This document shows positions 51,404 to 61,859 of a stretch of DNA of 64,000 nt, piece after piece (the first letter of the stretch is position 1; each line of letters starts with the position of its first letter). Below the pieces are notes generated by a model. That model did no database searches. It worked only from the letters and a program-made list of their open reading frames with translations, and was not told the DNA's origin. Origin of the DNA: Spirochaetota bacterium (GTDB lineage Bacteria; Spirochaetota; UBA4802; UBA5550); NCBI GenBank assembly GCA_963664815.2, contig CAXXHB010000003.1, positions 4,096,001-4,160,000 of the forward strand, given 5' to 3'. Both the position numbers and the translations under genes were made by a program.

Positions 51404-51973
51404 ATGAAAAAACCGTTATTCACAACAGCTATTGTCATATTTTTTACATTTATAGTATTTAACAACTCCGGCGTCAAAGCAGCAGATAAAAATAACATCA
51501 TCTGGATTGTAGAACCGCAATTTGAAAATGTAAATTCGTTTTCAGAAGATCTTATTGCCGTTAAAAAAAATGGCAAATGGGGTTTCATAAACAAAGAAGC
51601 TAAATTCGTAATTGATCCTCAGTTTGATAATTTTTCTAATTTTCAAGAAGGCGTAGCTGCTGTTCAAAAAAATGGCATGTATGGATTAATAAAAAACCCT
51701 ATGGCCGTAAAAAAACAGGAGCAGTCTTTTATAAGTGCTGGTCTTTATATAGGTGATGTAAAATCAGTTTCATCAACAGAGATCATAGTAGGTGGCAAAG
51801 ACATAGCTGAACATGTATATATGGGAGACAAACTCTGTCTTTACTCCGGTGATAAAATAATAATACTCCGTTCTACCTTTCCCATGCAGACAGTAACTAA
51901 ATGTGAAGTGATTTCCGGTCATAGAAAAGATGTTAAGCCCGGCATAAAAGTTTATAAATACTCAGGTAAATAA
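51404..51973 (+). CDS. Exported WG-repeat protein
   Basis: AGGAG RBS; signal peptide; FSEDLIAVKKNGKWGFI and FQEGVAAVQKNGMYGLI repeats. Confidence 0.8.
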   Translation: MKKPLFTTAIVIFFTFIVFNNSGVKAADKNNIIWIVEPQFENVNSFSEDLIAVKKNGKWGFINKEAKFVIDPQFDNFSNFQEGVAAVQKNGMYGLIKNPMAVKKQEQSFISAGLYIGDVKSVSSTEIIVGGKDIAEHVYMGDKLCLYSGDKIIILRSTFPMQTVTKCEVISGHRKDVKPGIKVYKYSGK

Positions 51974-52220
51974 CAATGCCTGAACATTAACATAAAAGTA
52001 TTTCATAAGTGACAATAGAAAATCCATTGGTTAATTTTTTTAATTAAGGTTCGTAGCGAGCATTTGAAAGCTTTTGATTTAATTGGAAAAAACATATCGA
52101 CTGCCGGAATTGTATAAACCATTTTCAATGTTGGCAACAGAACTATGTTTTGGTACTATTATAAGTAATAACAGATCCTGAAATGAATTTATACTTGCTG
52201 AAGGCAGGGAAAAGATAAGA

Positions 52221-52243
52221 AAGCCCCGATAAAATCGGGGCTT
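52221..52243 (-). terminator. Terminator after tRNA-Arg
   Basis: AAGCCCCGAT-TTT-ATCGGGGCTT followed by a T-rich tract on the minus strand. Confidence 0.8.
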
Positions 52244-52247
52244 AATG

Positions 52248-52321
52248 CGCGTCTGGAGGGATTCGAACCCCCGACAAACGGATTCGTAGTCCGCTACTCT
52301 ATCCAGCTGAGCTACAGACGC
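52248..52321 (-). tRNA. tRNA-Arg(ACG)
   Basis: Acceptor GCGTCTG/CAGACGC; D-arm AGCTCAGCTGGATAGAG; anticodon arm GCGGA-CTACGAA-TCCGT; GGTTCGAATCC; no encoded CCA. Confidence 0.96.
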
Positions 52322-52324
52322 ATT

Positions 52325-52744
52325 TTATATATTCAGTTTAGAAGTATATTCAGAGATATATTTGCCGATATGAGGAAACTCGTTCTTTTCGTGACTGATG
52401 ATCATCTTTGTCCCCAGATAAGCAATAGCAGCATAAATAATATATAGGATGTAAATAAATATAACAATCATAAATTTTAAAACATCAGCATGTACCGAAA
52501 CAAAAAAAAGTAAAAAATAAAGAAAAGTGCACACTCCTGTAAAGAATACCGCCAGTACAAATCCCTGCTTTGCATGGTACATATAAAATTCGTCATCCTT
52601 TTTTTTAATCATAGGGATAAACCATCCGATAAACGGAAAATATGACAGCAACAGGGGATCAAAGGTTTTTATATGATCGTTGTATATTTTCAGGGAGATA
52701 TCTTTAATTTTATTTATGATTTCTTTAATTTTTATGGAGTTCAT
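52325..52744 (-). CDS. Membrane protein (DUF4870-like)
   Basis: LLSY.PFIGW...FYMYHAKQG motif; 3 TM segments; C-terminal FPHIG. Confidence 0.72.
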   Translation of the reverse strand: MNSIKIKEIINKIKDISLKIYNDHIKTFDPLLLSYFPFIGWFIPMIKKKDDEFYMYHAKQGFVLAVFFTGVCTFLYFLLFFVSVHADVLKFMIVIFIYILYIIYAAIAYLGTKMIISHEKNEFPHIGKYISEYTSKLNI

Positions 52745-52762
52745 ATTCTTTTTTTACTTATC

Positions 52763-52848
52763 CGGAGAAGGGGGGATTCGAACCCCCGGTACCTAAACGA
52801 TACAATTGCTTAGCAGGCAACCCCCTTCGGCCACTCGGGCACCTCTCC
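52763..52848 (-). tRNA. tRNA-Ser(GCT)
   Basis: GGAGAGG/CTTCTCC acceptor; anticodon arm GTTGC-CTGCTAA-GCAAT; long variable arm; GGTTCGAATCC. Confidence 0.95.
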
Positions 52849-52887
52849 TGGTTCAGTATCTTTTTCTGGTTTTAAGGGAAAAAAATT

Positions 52888-52971
52888 CGGAGAGTGAGGG
52901 ATTCGAACCCCCGGGGCTATTAACCCAACGGTTTTCAAGACCGCCTCCATAGACCACTCGAACAACTCTCC
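52888..52971 (-). tRNA. tRNA-Ser(TGA)
   Basis: GGAGAGT/ACTCTCC acceptor; anticodon arm GCGGT-CTTGAAA-ACCGT; long variable arm; GGTTCGAATCC. Confidence 0.95.
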
Positions 52972-53234
52972 GGGAGCAAATCTATTTAAATTCAGTTTTG
53001 TGTCAAATAAAAAATTTAGTTTACGTTTTTTTATAAAGGTGGCACAAAACTCCACCATTATAACTAATCAAACTCAATTCTGCGCAGATTAGTTATAAAT
53101 GTCAGAATAATAGTCCTTTAACCGCACGATTGTATCTATCAGAAAAGCTGATGAAAATTTGATATTAAAAAAAAGAAGCACGACAATAGCCGTGAGAGAG
53201 TCTATGAGTAATCACATAATCAGAATTAATCCAA

Positions 53235-54152
<918 letters not shown>

Positions 54153-54521
54153 TTACAGCACAAGTCATTTTTAATCTGTATTTATGTATAAGGTATTCTG
54201 ACTTAATCTTATGAATCATTAAATCCTGTTCAAAATTATCTTTACATTTTATTAATCAAAATTTTATATTTTATTACTAATTACCACTTTTAATAAGTTT
54301 AATGATAAAGAATTATTTCAATATCATACATTATAATTGTTTCCGAACTGGCGTTTGTGACTCTCAAGAAATCTTGAGGAGGGCTTTTTTAGGGGCTCTG
54401 CCCCTTATACCTGGTAAAAAATCGGAAAAGGAAACCAGTTTATTATAAAAAAGTTAAAGAATAAATGATGAAATTTTATTATCTTAATATATAACCTGCA
54501 CACAGGCAATCCGGAGGTATC

Positions 54522-55898
54522 ATGGTAAAGTTTGACGGATACGATGACGTTATTGAACGTGTATACAGATTTAATCAGGATCATGTATTTCAGTATTGGG
54601 ATAAGCTTCTCGACTCCGAGAAAACTGAACTGCTTGAAGACCTTTCAGTAATTAACTTCCAGCTGCTTAAACAGATATACTCCCACACTGAGGACGAAGA
54701 AAAAACTGAATTTTTACCTGCACCATTTATTCCTCTACCTGTAAATGAAACCGATAAAAAAATATTCAGAGAAGCGGAGGGGAGAGGAATCGCCCACATA
54801 AAAGATGGAAAAGTTGCCGCATTTCTTGTTGCCGGCGGACAGGGCTCCAGGCTTGGTTTTGACGGACCTAAAGGGAAATTTCCCATAGGACCCGTCTCAG
54901 GAAAAACACTTTTTCACTTTCACGCGGAGAAAATCAAAGCGTCCGAAAAAAAATATGGCACATCAATCCCGTTTCTTGTAATGACTTCACGGGATAATCA
55001 CACTGATACAGAAATCTTTTTTAAAAAACAGAATTTCTTCGGACTTGACCCGGCAAACGTGCATCTTTTCCCGCAGAATATGATACCATCGCTTGACCTC
55101 GATGGAAAACTGATACTCTCTGAGACAAACAGAATATTCATGAATCCCGACGGCCATGGAGGAAGCCTCACTGCCCTCAGAACATCCGGCGCGTTGAGAA
55201 AGCTTCAGGAACTGAAAATCGAAACTCTATCATATTTCCAGGTTGACAACCCACTTGTCAAAATTGTTGACCCGGTGTTCATAGGCTTCCATGTATTGAA
55301 CCAGGCCGATATTTCAAGCAAGGCACTGAAAAAACTTTATCCTGAGGAGAAAACCGGAATCTTTGTCCAGTTTTCAAACTCCACTCTGGGGATAGTCGAG
55401 TATTCTGACATGCCGGAGGAGAAATTAAATGCCAGAGATTCAAGAGGAGACATTCTATATTCAGCGGCAAATCCTGCCATACATCTATTCAGCATATCAT
55501 TTATTTCAGAGCTTACCGACTCAGGGAGCATCTCGCTTCCATTCCATATCGCGAAGAAAAAGATTACAGCCATGGTAGACGGAAAACACAGCGACATATT
55601 CGGTTATAAATTTGAAAAATTTGTGTTTGACGCACTCCCTCTATCAGCAAAAAATGTAATTCTTGAAGTATTAAGAGAAGAAGAGTTTGCTCCAGTTAAA
55701 AATGCTTCCGGGCAGGATTCTGCGGAATCGGCGAAGGAACTGATGACAGCCCTCATCAGGAAGTGGCTGGCGACAAAAGGAATTACCATTCCAGACAGAG
55801 TTAAAGAGATAGAAATATCACCCCTGACTGCCCTTTCACCTGATGATCTCCCGGATAATATTGAAATACCAGACAGGGAAAAAGTTTTGATTACATAA
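54522..55898 (+). CDS. UDPGP-family (eukaryote-type) UDP-N-acetylhexosamine/UDP-glucose pyrophosphorylase
   Basis: LVAGGQGSRLGFDGPKG, PDGHGG, QVDNPL, VEYSD, KFEKFVFD, EFAPVKN. Confidence 0.88.
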   Translation: MVKFDGYDDVIERVYRFNQDHVFQYWDKLLDSEKTELLEDLSVINFQLLKQIYSHTEDEEKTEFLPAPFIPLPVNETDKKIFREAEGRGIAHIKDGKVAAFLVAGGQGSRLGFDGPKGKFPIGPVSGKTLFHFHAEKIKASEKKYGTSIPFLVMTSRDNHTDTEIFFKKQNFFGLDPANVHLFPQNMIPSLDLDGKLILSETNRIFMNPDGHGGSLTALRTSGALRKLQELKIETLSYFQVDNPLVKIVDPVFIGFHVLNQADISSKALKKLYPEEKTGIFVQFSNSTLGIVEYSDMPEEKLNARDSRGDILYSAANPAIHLFSISFISELTDSGSISLPFHIAKKKITAMVDGKHSDIFGYKFEKFVFDALPLSAKNVILEVLREEEFAPVKNASGQDSAESAKELMTALIRKWLATKGITIPDRVKEIEISPLTALSPDDLPDNIEIPDREKVLIT

Positions 55899-56084
55899 CA
55901 TGAGTTTACTATTGAAAACATTTCTGTTTATTAAATGCACTTACTCACATTCAAAGCAGGTACGAATAAACCGGATGACCAATTCTGATTTATTAAAAAA
56001 TACAATGCCTTCCCTGCATCTATAGAAGACTTTTCAGTTTATAAAAATAAGCTGGATATAGAAGATCAGGAAGCAAGAGGTTAT

Positions 56085-56654
56085 ATGTCATACGTTACAA
56101 TTCTCGGTATTTCGGCAGGGCTGGCTATGGACGCTTTCGCTGTTTCAATATCCTATGGCTGTACACCTAAAAATGTTCCGCTGAAACATATACTTTTAAT
56201 TTCACTGTCTTTCGGGGCTTTCCAGGCTTTTATGCCCGTTATAGGCTGGCAGGCGGGGAGATTTTTCACCGACATGATTAAAGACTATGACCACTGGCTT
56301 GCCTTCGCCCTGCTTGCGTATATTGGGACAAGAATGATACTTGAGGGAATAAAAAGCAGTGAAAGCAACGACTCCTGCACCGATATCAACGAGCAAAGCC
56401 TCGACATCAAAAAGCTCTTTATACTTTCAGTTGCGACCAGTATTGACGCCCTTGCTGTAGGGTTAAGTTTTTCGCTGCTTGGTTATGAAATTATAACACC
56501 CGCTGCAATAATCGGCATTACAACATTTGTTTTCAGCTACATCGGGGTGAAGATGGGATGCAGACTACAGAAAATTCTCGGGAAGAGGGTTGAGGTATTC
56601 GGCGGAGTTATTCTTATCCTTATCGGAGTAAAAATTATTCTGGAGCATATGTAG
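56085..56654 (+). CDS. mntP: Manganese efflux pump MntP
   Basis: GLAMDAFAVS, FGAFQAFMP, DHWLAF, ATSIDALAVG. Confidence 0.92.
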   Translation: MSYVTILGISAGLAMDAFAVSISYGCTPKNVPLKHILLISLSFGAFQAFMPVIGWQAGRFFTDMIKDYDHWLAFALLAYIGTRMILEGIKSSESNDSCTDINEQSLDIKKLFILSVATSIDALAVGLSFSLLGYEIITPAAIIGITTFVFSYIGVKMGCRLQKILGKRVEVFGGVILILIGVKIILEHM

Positions 56655-56776
56655 CGATCTATCTCTTTCTACATCTCATTCATATCTCCTTTTTGTATCT
56701 CCTTTTTTCTTACTTGCGTGTTCACAATTTGAACAAATCGTGACCGAAATTTTATAAAGGTTATTTTAATAATTCA

Positions 56777-57592
56777 TTATCGATTTGATGGATAGCGGAA
56801 TAATGGAAGTGTTCCGGTTAGACGATCTCTGAATGACATTTTACCTTTAAACGGAATCCTTTCCCCCAGCGGAATTTCATCCTTTCTTATGCTCAGATGG
56901 GCCGGGTAAAGAAATCTGAAGTTCATCTCCATCAGCCTGTGCGCCGATTCAACCTGTAACTTTCTGTCGTAAAACACCGGCATTACACCAACTGTGTTGT
57001 ATCCGAACATTGAAAGACCGCATCCTGAAAATAGCGACATATTCCTTCTGTATAAAAATGAAGTATGACCGGGAGTATGACCGGGAGTATGTATAAATTC
57101 AATTTCCCAGTCATTCAGCGGACTCTCCTTCATTATTCCGGATAGTTTTACAATTTCGAAATTATCTCCGGATGGAAACATTCCCGGCTTGTGATAAACA
57201 GGGAAACCCAGAGCCGGATGTGATTTTAAAAACTGTCCCCTCTGCTTCATAAAAATCACTGCATCAGCTTCATGCATAAAAATTTTTACAGGACCTCCTC
57301 CGCTCTTCAGGACAAGTGAAATGAGCTCAGCCACACTTCCCGTATGATCCCCATGCCAGTGAGTCAGGGCTATCCCCTTTATATCAGCAGGATTCAATCC
57401 CTGTTTTTTAATAGAATCAAAAATAATCCTGCCACTACCCGGGCCGCAGGTATCAATAACAAGAATACCATGAATGTCATCGTGCTTTAAAATAAATGAA
57501 CGGGTCGGCACTGCCGATACATGCTTAAGCCATGTACCCCGAACAGAATATATCCCTTCATCAAGTTTTATCGTTTTATATATATCCTTCAT
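56777..57592 (-). CDS. Metallo-beta-lactamase-fold hydrolase
   Basis: VIDT, THWHGDH, HTPGHTPGH, FSGC, YPAH; GGAGGAG RBS before the ATG at 57592. Confidence 0.85.
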   Translation of the reverse strand: MKDIYKTIKLDEGIYSVRGTWLKHVSAVPTRSFILKHDDIHGILVIDTCGPGSGRIIFDSIKKQGLNPADIKGIALTHWHGDHTGSVAELISLVLKSGGGPVKIFMHEADAVIFMKQRGQFLKSHPALGFPVYHKPGMFPSGDNFEIVKLSGIMKESPLNDWEIEFIHTPGHTPGHTSFLYRRNMSLFSGCGLSMFGYNTVGVMPVFYDRKLQVESAHRLMEMNFRFLYPAHLSIRKDEIPLGERIPFKGKMSFRDRLTGTLPLFRYPSNR

Positions 57593-57751
57593 GGCATTCT
57601 CCTCCGGATACATTCATCGGACTGCAAATCAGCAGTCAAGAACGTTTTAAAAAATGGAAGTTCCATAAATTTACTCCATTTTTATATTAATAAAATTGTG
57701 GAAATATAATATCCGGTTATTAATGTCTGGTTAAAAATCGTGAGAGTTGCC

Positions 57752-58141
57752 ATGAAAAGACAGAAAATTAAGATTCTCCCCGGAGATTATACTATGCTTA
57801 AACTTCCCTCAGGATCACATGTTCCGGAGTGGGTCGATAAAGACAGATTTTACAGCATAACAGATACAGGGGAGGAGATGTCAGTAATATGCGCAGGAGA
57901 GGGAACACCGGAGAAATACCCACATGAATGCAGTCTGAAAATATTTAAAATTGATTCCGAGCTTGCATTCAGCTTAACCGGCATAATCCATTCCGTCGTT
58001 GCTCCTCTTGCTGAAAAAAATATACCACTATTTACTGTTTCAACTTTCAGTACCGATTATTTCTTTATTAAAATGGAACATGCAAACAAAGCTGTTGAGG
58101 CTCTTGAGCCTTTTCATGACATTGATTATTACGGATGGTAA
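57752..58141 (+). CDS. Tandem ACT-domain (CASTOR/ACT_7-like) amino-acid-binding protein
   Basis: SITDTGEEMSVIC, FSLTGII, PLAE.NI, STFSTDY. Confidence 0.82.
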   Translation: MKRQKIKILPGDYTMLKLPSGSHVPEWVDKDRFYSITDTGEEMSVICAGEGTPEKYPHECSLKIFKIDSELAFSLTGIIHSVVAPLAEKNIPLFTVSTFSTDYFFIKMEHANKAVEALEPFHDIDYYGW

Positions 58142-58161
58142 CTCTTTCGATGCCCGCGTCT

Positions 58162-58503
58162 TCAAACAGGTTCAGAAGAATTTATTCCCGAATAGATGCA
58201 TGGCTTGAGCGGGTATTTGGCGTAATACTGATATTTTTTGCCGTACGCGTCGATAAAGCAGCTCTTGAATAACATTTCTAAATTTTGTAACCAGTATACC
58301 TCCGTAAATATTTTTACATTCTGGCTGTTTGTTATCACATCACCACTTATTGAACAGAGTTTTATATTAAAATACGCTTTTATTCTTCCAAAAATCTCAA
58401 CCGTACCAAAAAGGTCAAGTGTTTCGAAACAGTCAAACAAAACAGATTGGTTTCCTGCTTGATTTAACCTGATAAAATAAACAGATTGTATAAATAATGA
58501 CAT
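58162..58503 (-). CDS. Hypothetical protein, doubtful
   Basis: 113-aa ORF with no clear RBS; DLFG...GRI faintly recalls WGR domains. Confidence 0.3.
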   Translation of the reverse strand: MSLFIQSVYFIRLNQAGNQSVLFDCFETLDLFGTVEIFGRIKAYFNIKLCSISGDVITNSQNVKIFTEVYWLQNLEMLFKSCFIDAYGKKYQYYAKYPLKPCIYSGINSSEPV

Positions 58504-58719
58504 TTAAATTGTGTATATGTACCTTCCAGAATTAGTTAATGACTATCACAATAACAAAGTAATTATTTTTAATAATACAGATGGAACCTCCACGGTCTTT
58601 TAAAGGTCTAAAGATTCAGATTGTTTTAATCAGTTTTACTTTCTTAAGAACTGATCACTGATAATGCTTAAAATCAGGTAGCTGCATCTGAATAATATCC
58701 TTTAAACTGAGGAGATTTT

Positions 58720-60411
58720 ATGAAAAAAAACATTAAACTTTTTATATTTTTAGCGACTTTTCTCCTTTTGTCTGCATGCAGCGGTTCATCTGGAGAATCA
58801 GATACTGCAGCTTCCTCTTCATCTTCATCTTCATCTTCATCTTCATCGTCCTCTATAGATTCTTCATCCTATGCAGTATCCGTAGCAAACACAGCCAATA
58901 CATACAATACTGCTGATATTGTCAGCAATACAACCTTCAATTATACCATATATATCGATTTCACTGCTAACACAGTAAAACTTTCCACAGATTCCTCACA
59001 GACTTTATCTGCTACAGCCGTAACTGTTTTAACTGTAGACAGCACAACTGTTACTGTCAGCAAATCCACTACCGGAATTGTAACAATCGCTTCAACAGTT
59101 GCCTCTCCGGTTAAATATGTTCTATCAGGAACACTTACAGGAACGCTTAAGGTATCAAGCAGCAGCGATTCATATCAGTTATATCTTAACGGCCTGACAA
59201 TAAATGGATCGACTATCGGGCCTGCTGTTGATTTAGAAACAACTCAGAAAGTATTTATTGTCACGGCAGATGGAACTTCCAACATTTTAAGCGACACATC
59301 CACCCGCAATACAATAACAAAAAAAGCTGCATTGTATGGAACAGGTACAATGATCTTCAGCGGTACAGGGAATCTTTCTGTTTCCGGTAATTATAAACAT
59401 GGAATTTTCAGCAATGATTATATCCGCATCTGTGAAGGTACTATAAGTGTTTCTGTTACTGCAAAAGATGCAATACGTTCTGTAAATGGATTCATTTTTG
59501 ATTATGGGACACTTACAATAACAGCAACAGGAACCACAGTTGATGACGAGAGTAAAGGAATTAAAGTTGAGGGTATAGACAGTGCCGCTGGTCAGGATAA
59601 AGGATATATTGTTATAAATGGAGGAAATATTACCATCACCTCAGTGAGCAAGGGAATAACAGCTTCATGGGATATAGATGAAGACACAACAACCTATGCC
59701 GATGGAAATCCCGACCCTTTTGTTATAATAAACAATGGTATTATAACAATTACTACGACCGGAACTGTTTATGAATATACATCTGGTAATACCACATACA
59801 GCTGCAGTCCTGAAGGCATTGAAGGGAAGTCAAACCTTACTATTAATAGCGGATATTTAACAATAAAAACCTCTGACGACTGTATTAACGCAGGAGATTC
59901 TGTTGCCATCAATGGAGGGTACATATACGCTGCCAGTTCTGATAATGATGCCATTGATTCCAACGGAACGTTAACCATATCCGGCGGCGTTATTGTAGCT
60001 ATCGGCTCCGAAGTGCCTGAAGAGGCTTTTGACTGTGATACAAACACTTTCACTATTACCGGCGGTACCTTTGTGGGAATCGCCGGCGCGACCAGTACGC
60101 CTACTTCAAGTGTATGTACTCAGAACGCAGTAATCCTCGGAAACGGGACAAAAAATGTTACAATGGCGCTTGCAGCAACCGATGGGACAGTGGCTTTTGC
60201 ATTCACAATACCGCAGAATTATTCAACGATGCTGCTTTCTTCTGCTGATATAAAAACCGGATCAAAATACACAATATATAAAGGGGGAACAGCATCCGGA
60301 ACATCTGTTTTCAATGGGCTCTATCTCGGTACCAAGAGCTATTCCGGCGGAACGGCGGGGAGCAGTTTTACAGTATCATCAACATTGACAAAAATTACAA
60401 CAAGTATATAA
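58720..60411 (+). CDS. Surface lipoprotein with a Cthe_2159/DUF4353-type beta-helix carbohydrate-binding domain
   Basis: LSAC lipobox; poly-Ser linker; LYLNGLTI, GNYKHGIFSNDYI, INGGNITI, EGIEGK, DDCINA, NDAIDSNG. Confidence 0.85.
   Translation: MKKNIKLFIFLATFLLLSACSGSSGESDTAASSSSSSSSSSSSSSIDSSSYAVSVANTANTYNTADIVSNTTFNYTIYIDFTANTVKLSTDSSQTLSATAVTVLTVDSTTVTVSKSTTGIVTIASTVASPVKYVLSGTLTGTLKVSSSSDSYQLYLNGLTINGSTIGPAVDLETTQKVFIVTADGTSNILSDTSTRNTITKKAALYGTGTMIFSGTGNLSVSGNYKHGIFSNDYIRICEGTISVSVTAKDAIRSVNGFIFDYGTLTITATGTTVDDESKGIKVEGIDSAAGQDKGYIVINGGNITITSVSKGITASWDIDEDTTTYADGNPDPFVIINNGIITITTTGTVYEYTSGNTTYSCSPEGIEGKSNLTINSGYLTIKTSDDCINAGDSVAINGGYIYAASSDNDAIDSNGTLTISGGVIVAIGSEVPEEAFDCDTNTFTITGGTFVGIAGATSTPTSSVCTQNAVILGNGTKNVTMALAATDGTVAFAFTIPQNYSTMLLSSADIKTGSKYTIYKGGTASGTSVFNGLYLGTKSYSGGTAGSSFTVSSTLTKITTSI
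58816..58845 (+). repeat. (TCTTCA)5 in-frame tandem repeat encoding poly-Ser
   Basis: Five exact hexamer copies read directly from the sequence. Confidence 0.9.
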
Positions 60412-60560
60412 ATCATAGTTTTAGGAAATAAAGCTTTAACGGCTTAAAATCAAATTTTCTATTCGATCCGGCCGGCAACTGGAAATGGCTGCCGTGCCGG
60501 AAAGAAAAAACTGATAAACCCGGCAAGATAATTATCCTCAATTTTTTACTCAGGTTCTAT

Positions 60561-61595
60561 TTAATTCCACCATGCGTAGTCCTTATATACCATAAATGGA
60601 ACCGGCGTGTCGGCCATGTCACCCATTCTCCAGCGAGGCCCAAGCTGTTCATTCTTATACATGTCATATATGTTTTTTGATAATTTTGCCTTTTCTATTA
60701 TTGAGAGTTTCAGAAAATTTGCAATATTAATGACTTCACGCCTGTTTATCTCGTCATAAATTTTAATACTCTTAATTGTTTTCCCCATTTCAAATTCATA
60801 CTTTTTCATTCCTGACCAGGGGACATCCTCTTTACCATATTCTATTGTGATGGTTTTTGAAGGTGTAACAGAGAGTTTTTGCAGATCGATATCACATTTC
60901 TGATATACTGTTTTCTGCATATTCTCTGTTGTCCCTTCATATGTATAAGTAGTTGCCTCAACTGCCGGAGGTACAGAGCCGATCTCTTTTTTTACTGCAA
61001 CAGGTCTTTTTTTATCATCCCATGTGACTTTTGTTATGTTACCAACACCCATGTTTAGAAGTAGCGAATCAACATTCATATTGGTTTCTTTTATCTCCGT
61101 AAGTTTCCCCTCCTGATCATATGTATAGCTGAAATCTGTCTTTATATTAAACACCCCAAGTACCGGATACGATGTATATCCACGGGCTAAAACTAATACA
61201 GGATTTTCTTTATCATTGTATTGAACAATACGAACGTTTTTCAATACATACCCATCTTTCTCAATATCAAGCTGAACGTTTGCCTGATCAATTGTATTTT
61301 TTCCAGCCAGCAACTGTTCATATTTCTTCGCCATGGCTGTACCGGCAAAAATGTTAGTCTCTGCTTTTTTCTTTTCTTTCTTATCAACAGCCTCCCAGTA
61401 CTCACCGCGGATTTTCAGTTTTCCTGAGTAGGTGTAAATAACTTTATAAGCCGGTTTACCATCTTTTACTGCTTCAATCATTTCGATATCCCCGGTACGG
61501 GTTGTTTTCAAAGCAGGTTTTGAACCAAACGGCATTGCACCAGTAAAAATAAAGGACAAAACAAAAATTAAAGTTAATAATTTAACCCTTCTCAT
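60561..61595 (-). CDS. Exported hypothetical protein with YD-like beta-hairpin repeats
   Basis: AAGGAG RBS; signal peptide; YTYSGK, YTYDQEGKL, WDDKKRP, YTYEG units. Confidence 0.7.
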   Translation of the reverse strand: MRRVKLLTLIFVLSFIFTGAMPFGSKPALKTTRTGDIEMIEAVKDGKPAYKVIYTYSGKLKIRGEYWEAVDKKEKKKAETNIFAGTAMAKKYEQLLAGKNTIDQANVQLDIEKDGYVLKNVRIVQYNDKENPVLVLARGYTSYPVLGVFNIKTDFSYTYDQEGKLTEIKETNMNVDSLLLNMGVGNITKVTWDDKKRPVAVKKEIGSVPPAVEATTYTYEGTTENMQKTVYQKCDIDLQKLSVTPSKTITIEYGKEDVPWSGMKKYEFEMGKTIKSIKIYDEINRREVINIANFLKLSIIEKAKLSKNIYDMYKNEQLGPRWRMGDMADTPVPFMVYKDYAWWN

Positions 61596-61859
61596 ATTAA
61601 AAACTCCTTATGTTTGAACATGATACCATAAATAATTAAAACGTGACAATAATCTGTCAATAAAGTTAATCCTGTTATATTAAACTGATGATCTTTTCTG
61701 AAATTAATCTTTGCTGATAGTATAAATTTTAATCCCTTCATAAGACTTGTTTACATTATATATTCTTAATCTGCTTTACAGGACACCGGCTGATCCATCA
61801 TCTGATTCAATAAGAAATTTTTTATATTAAGTAAATCTTTCACGGTTACTGATAACGAA

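Noticed and set aside
52888-52971. tRNA with anticodon TGA as a suppressor for the ABC-F opal codon, or as tRNA-Sec
   Set aside because: Anticodon UGA reads UCA (Ser); opal decoding needs anticodon UCA
52810-53058. 82-aa minus-strand ORF
   Set aside because: It is a translation of the two tRNA-Ser genes
55899-56084. yybP-ykoY manganese riboswitch upstream of mntP
   Set aside because: I could not find the conserved GGGGAGUA and related core elements
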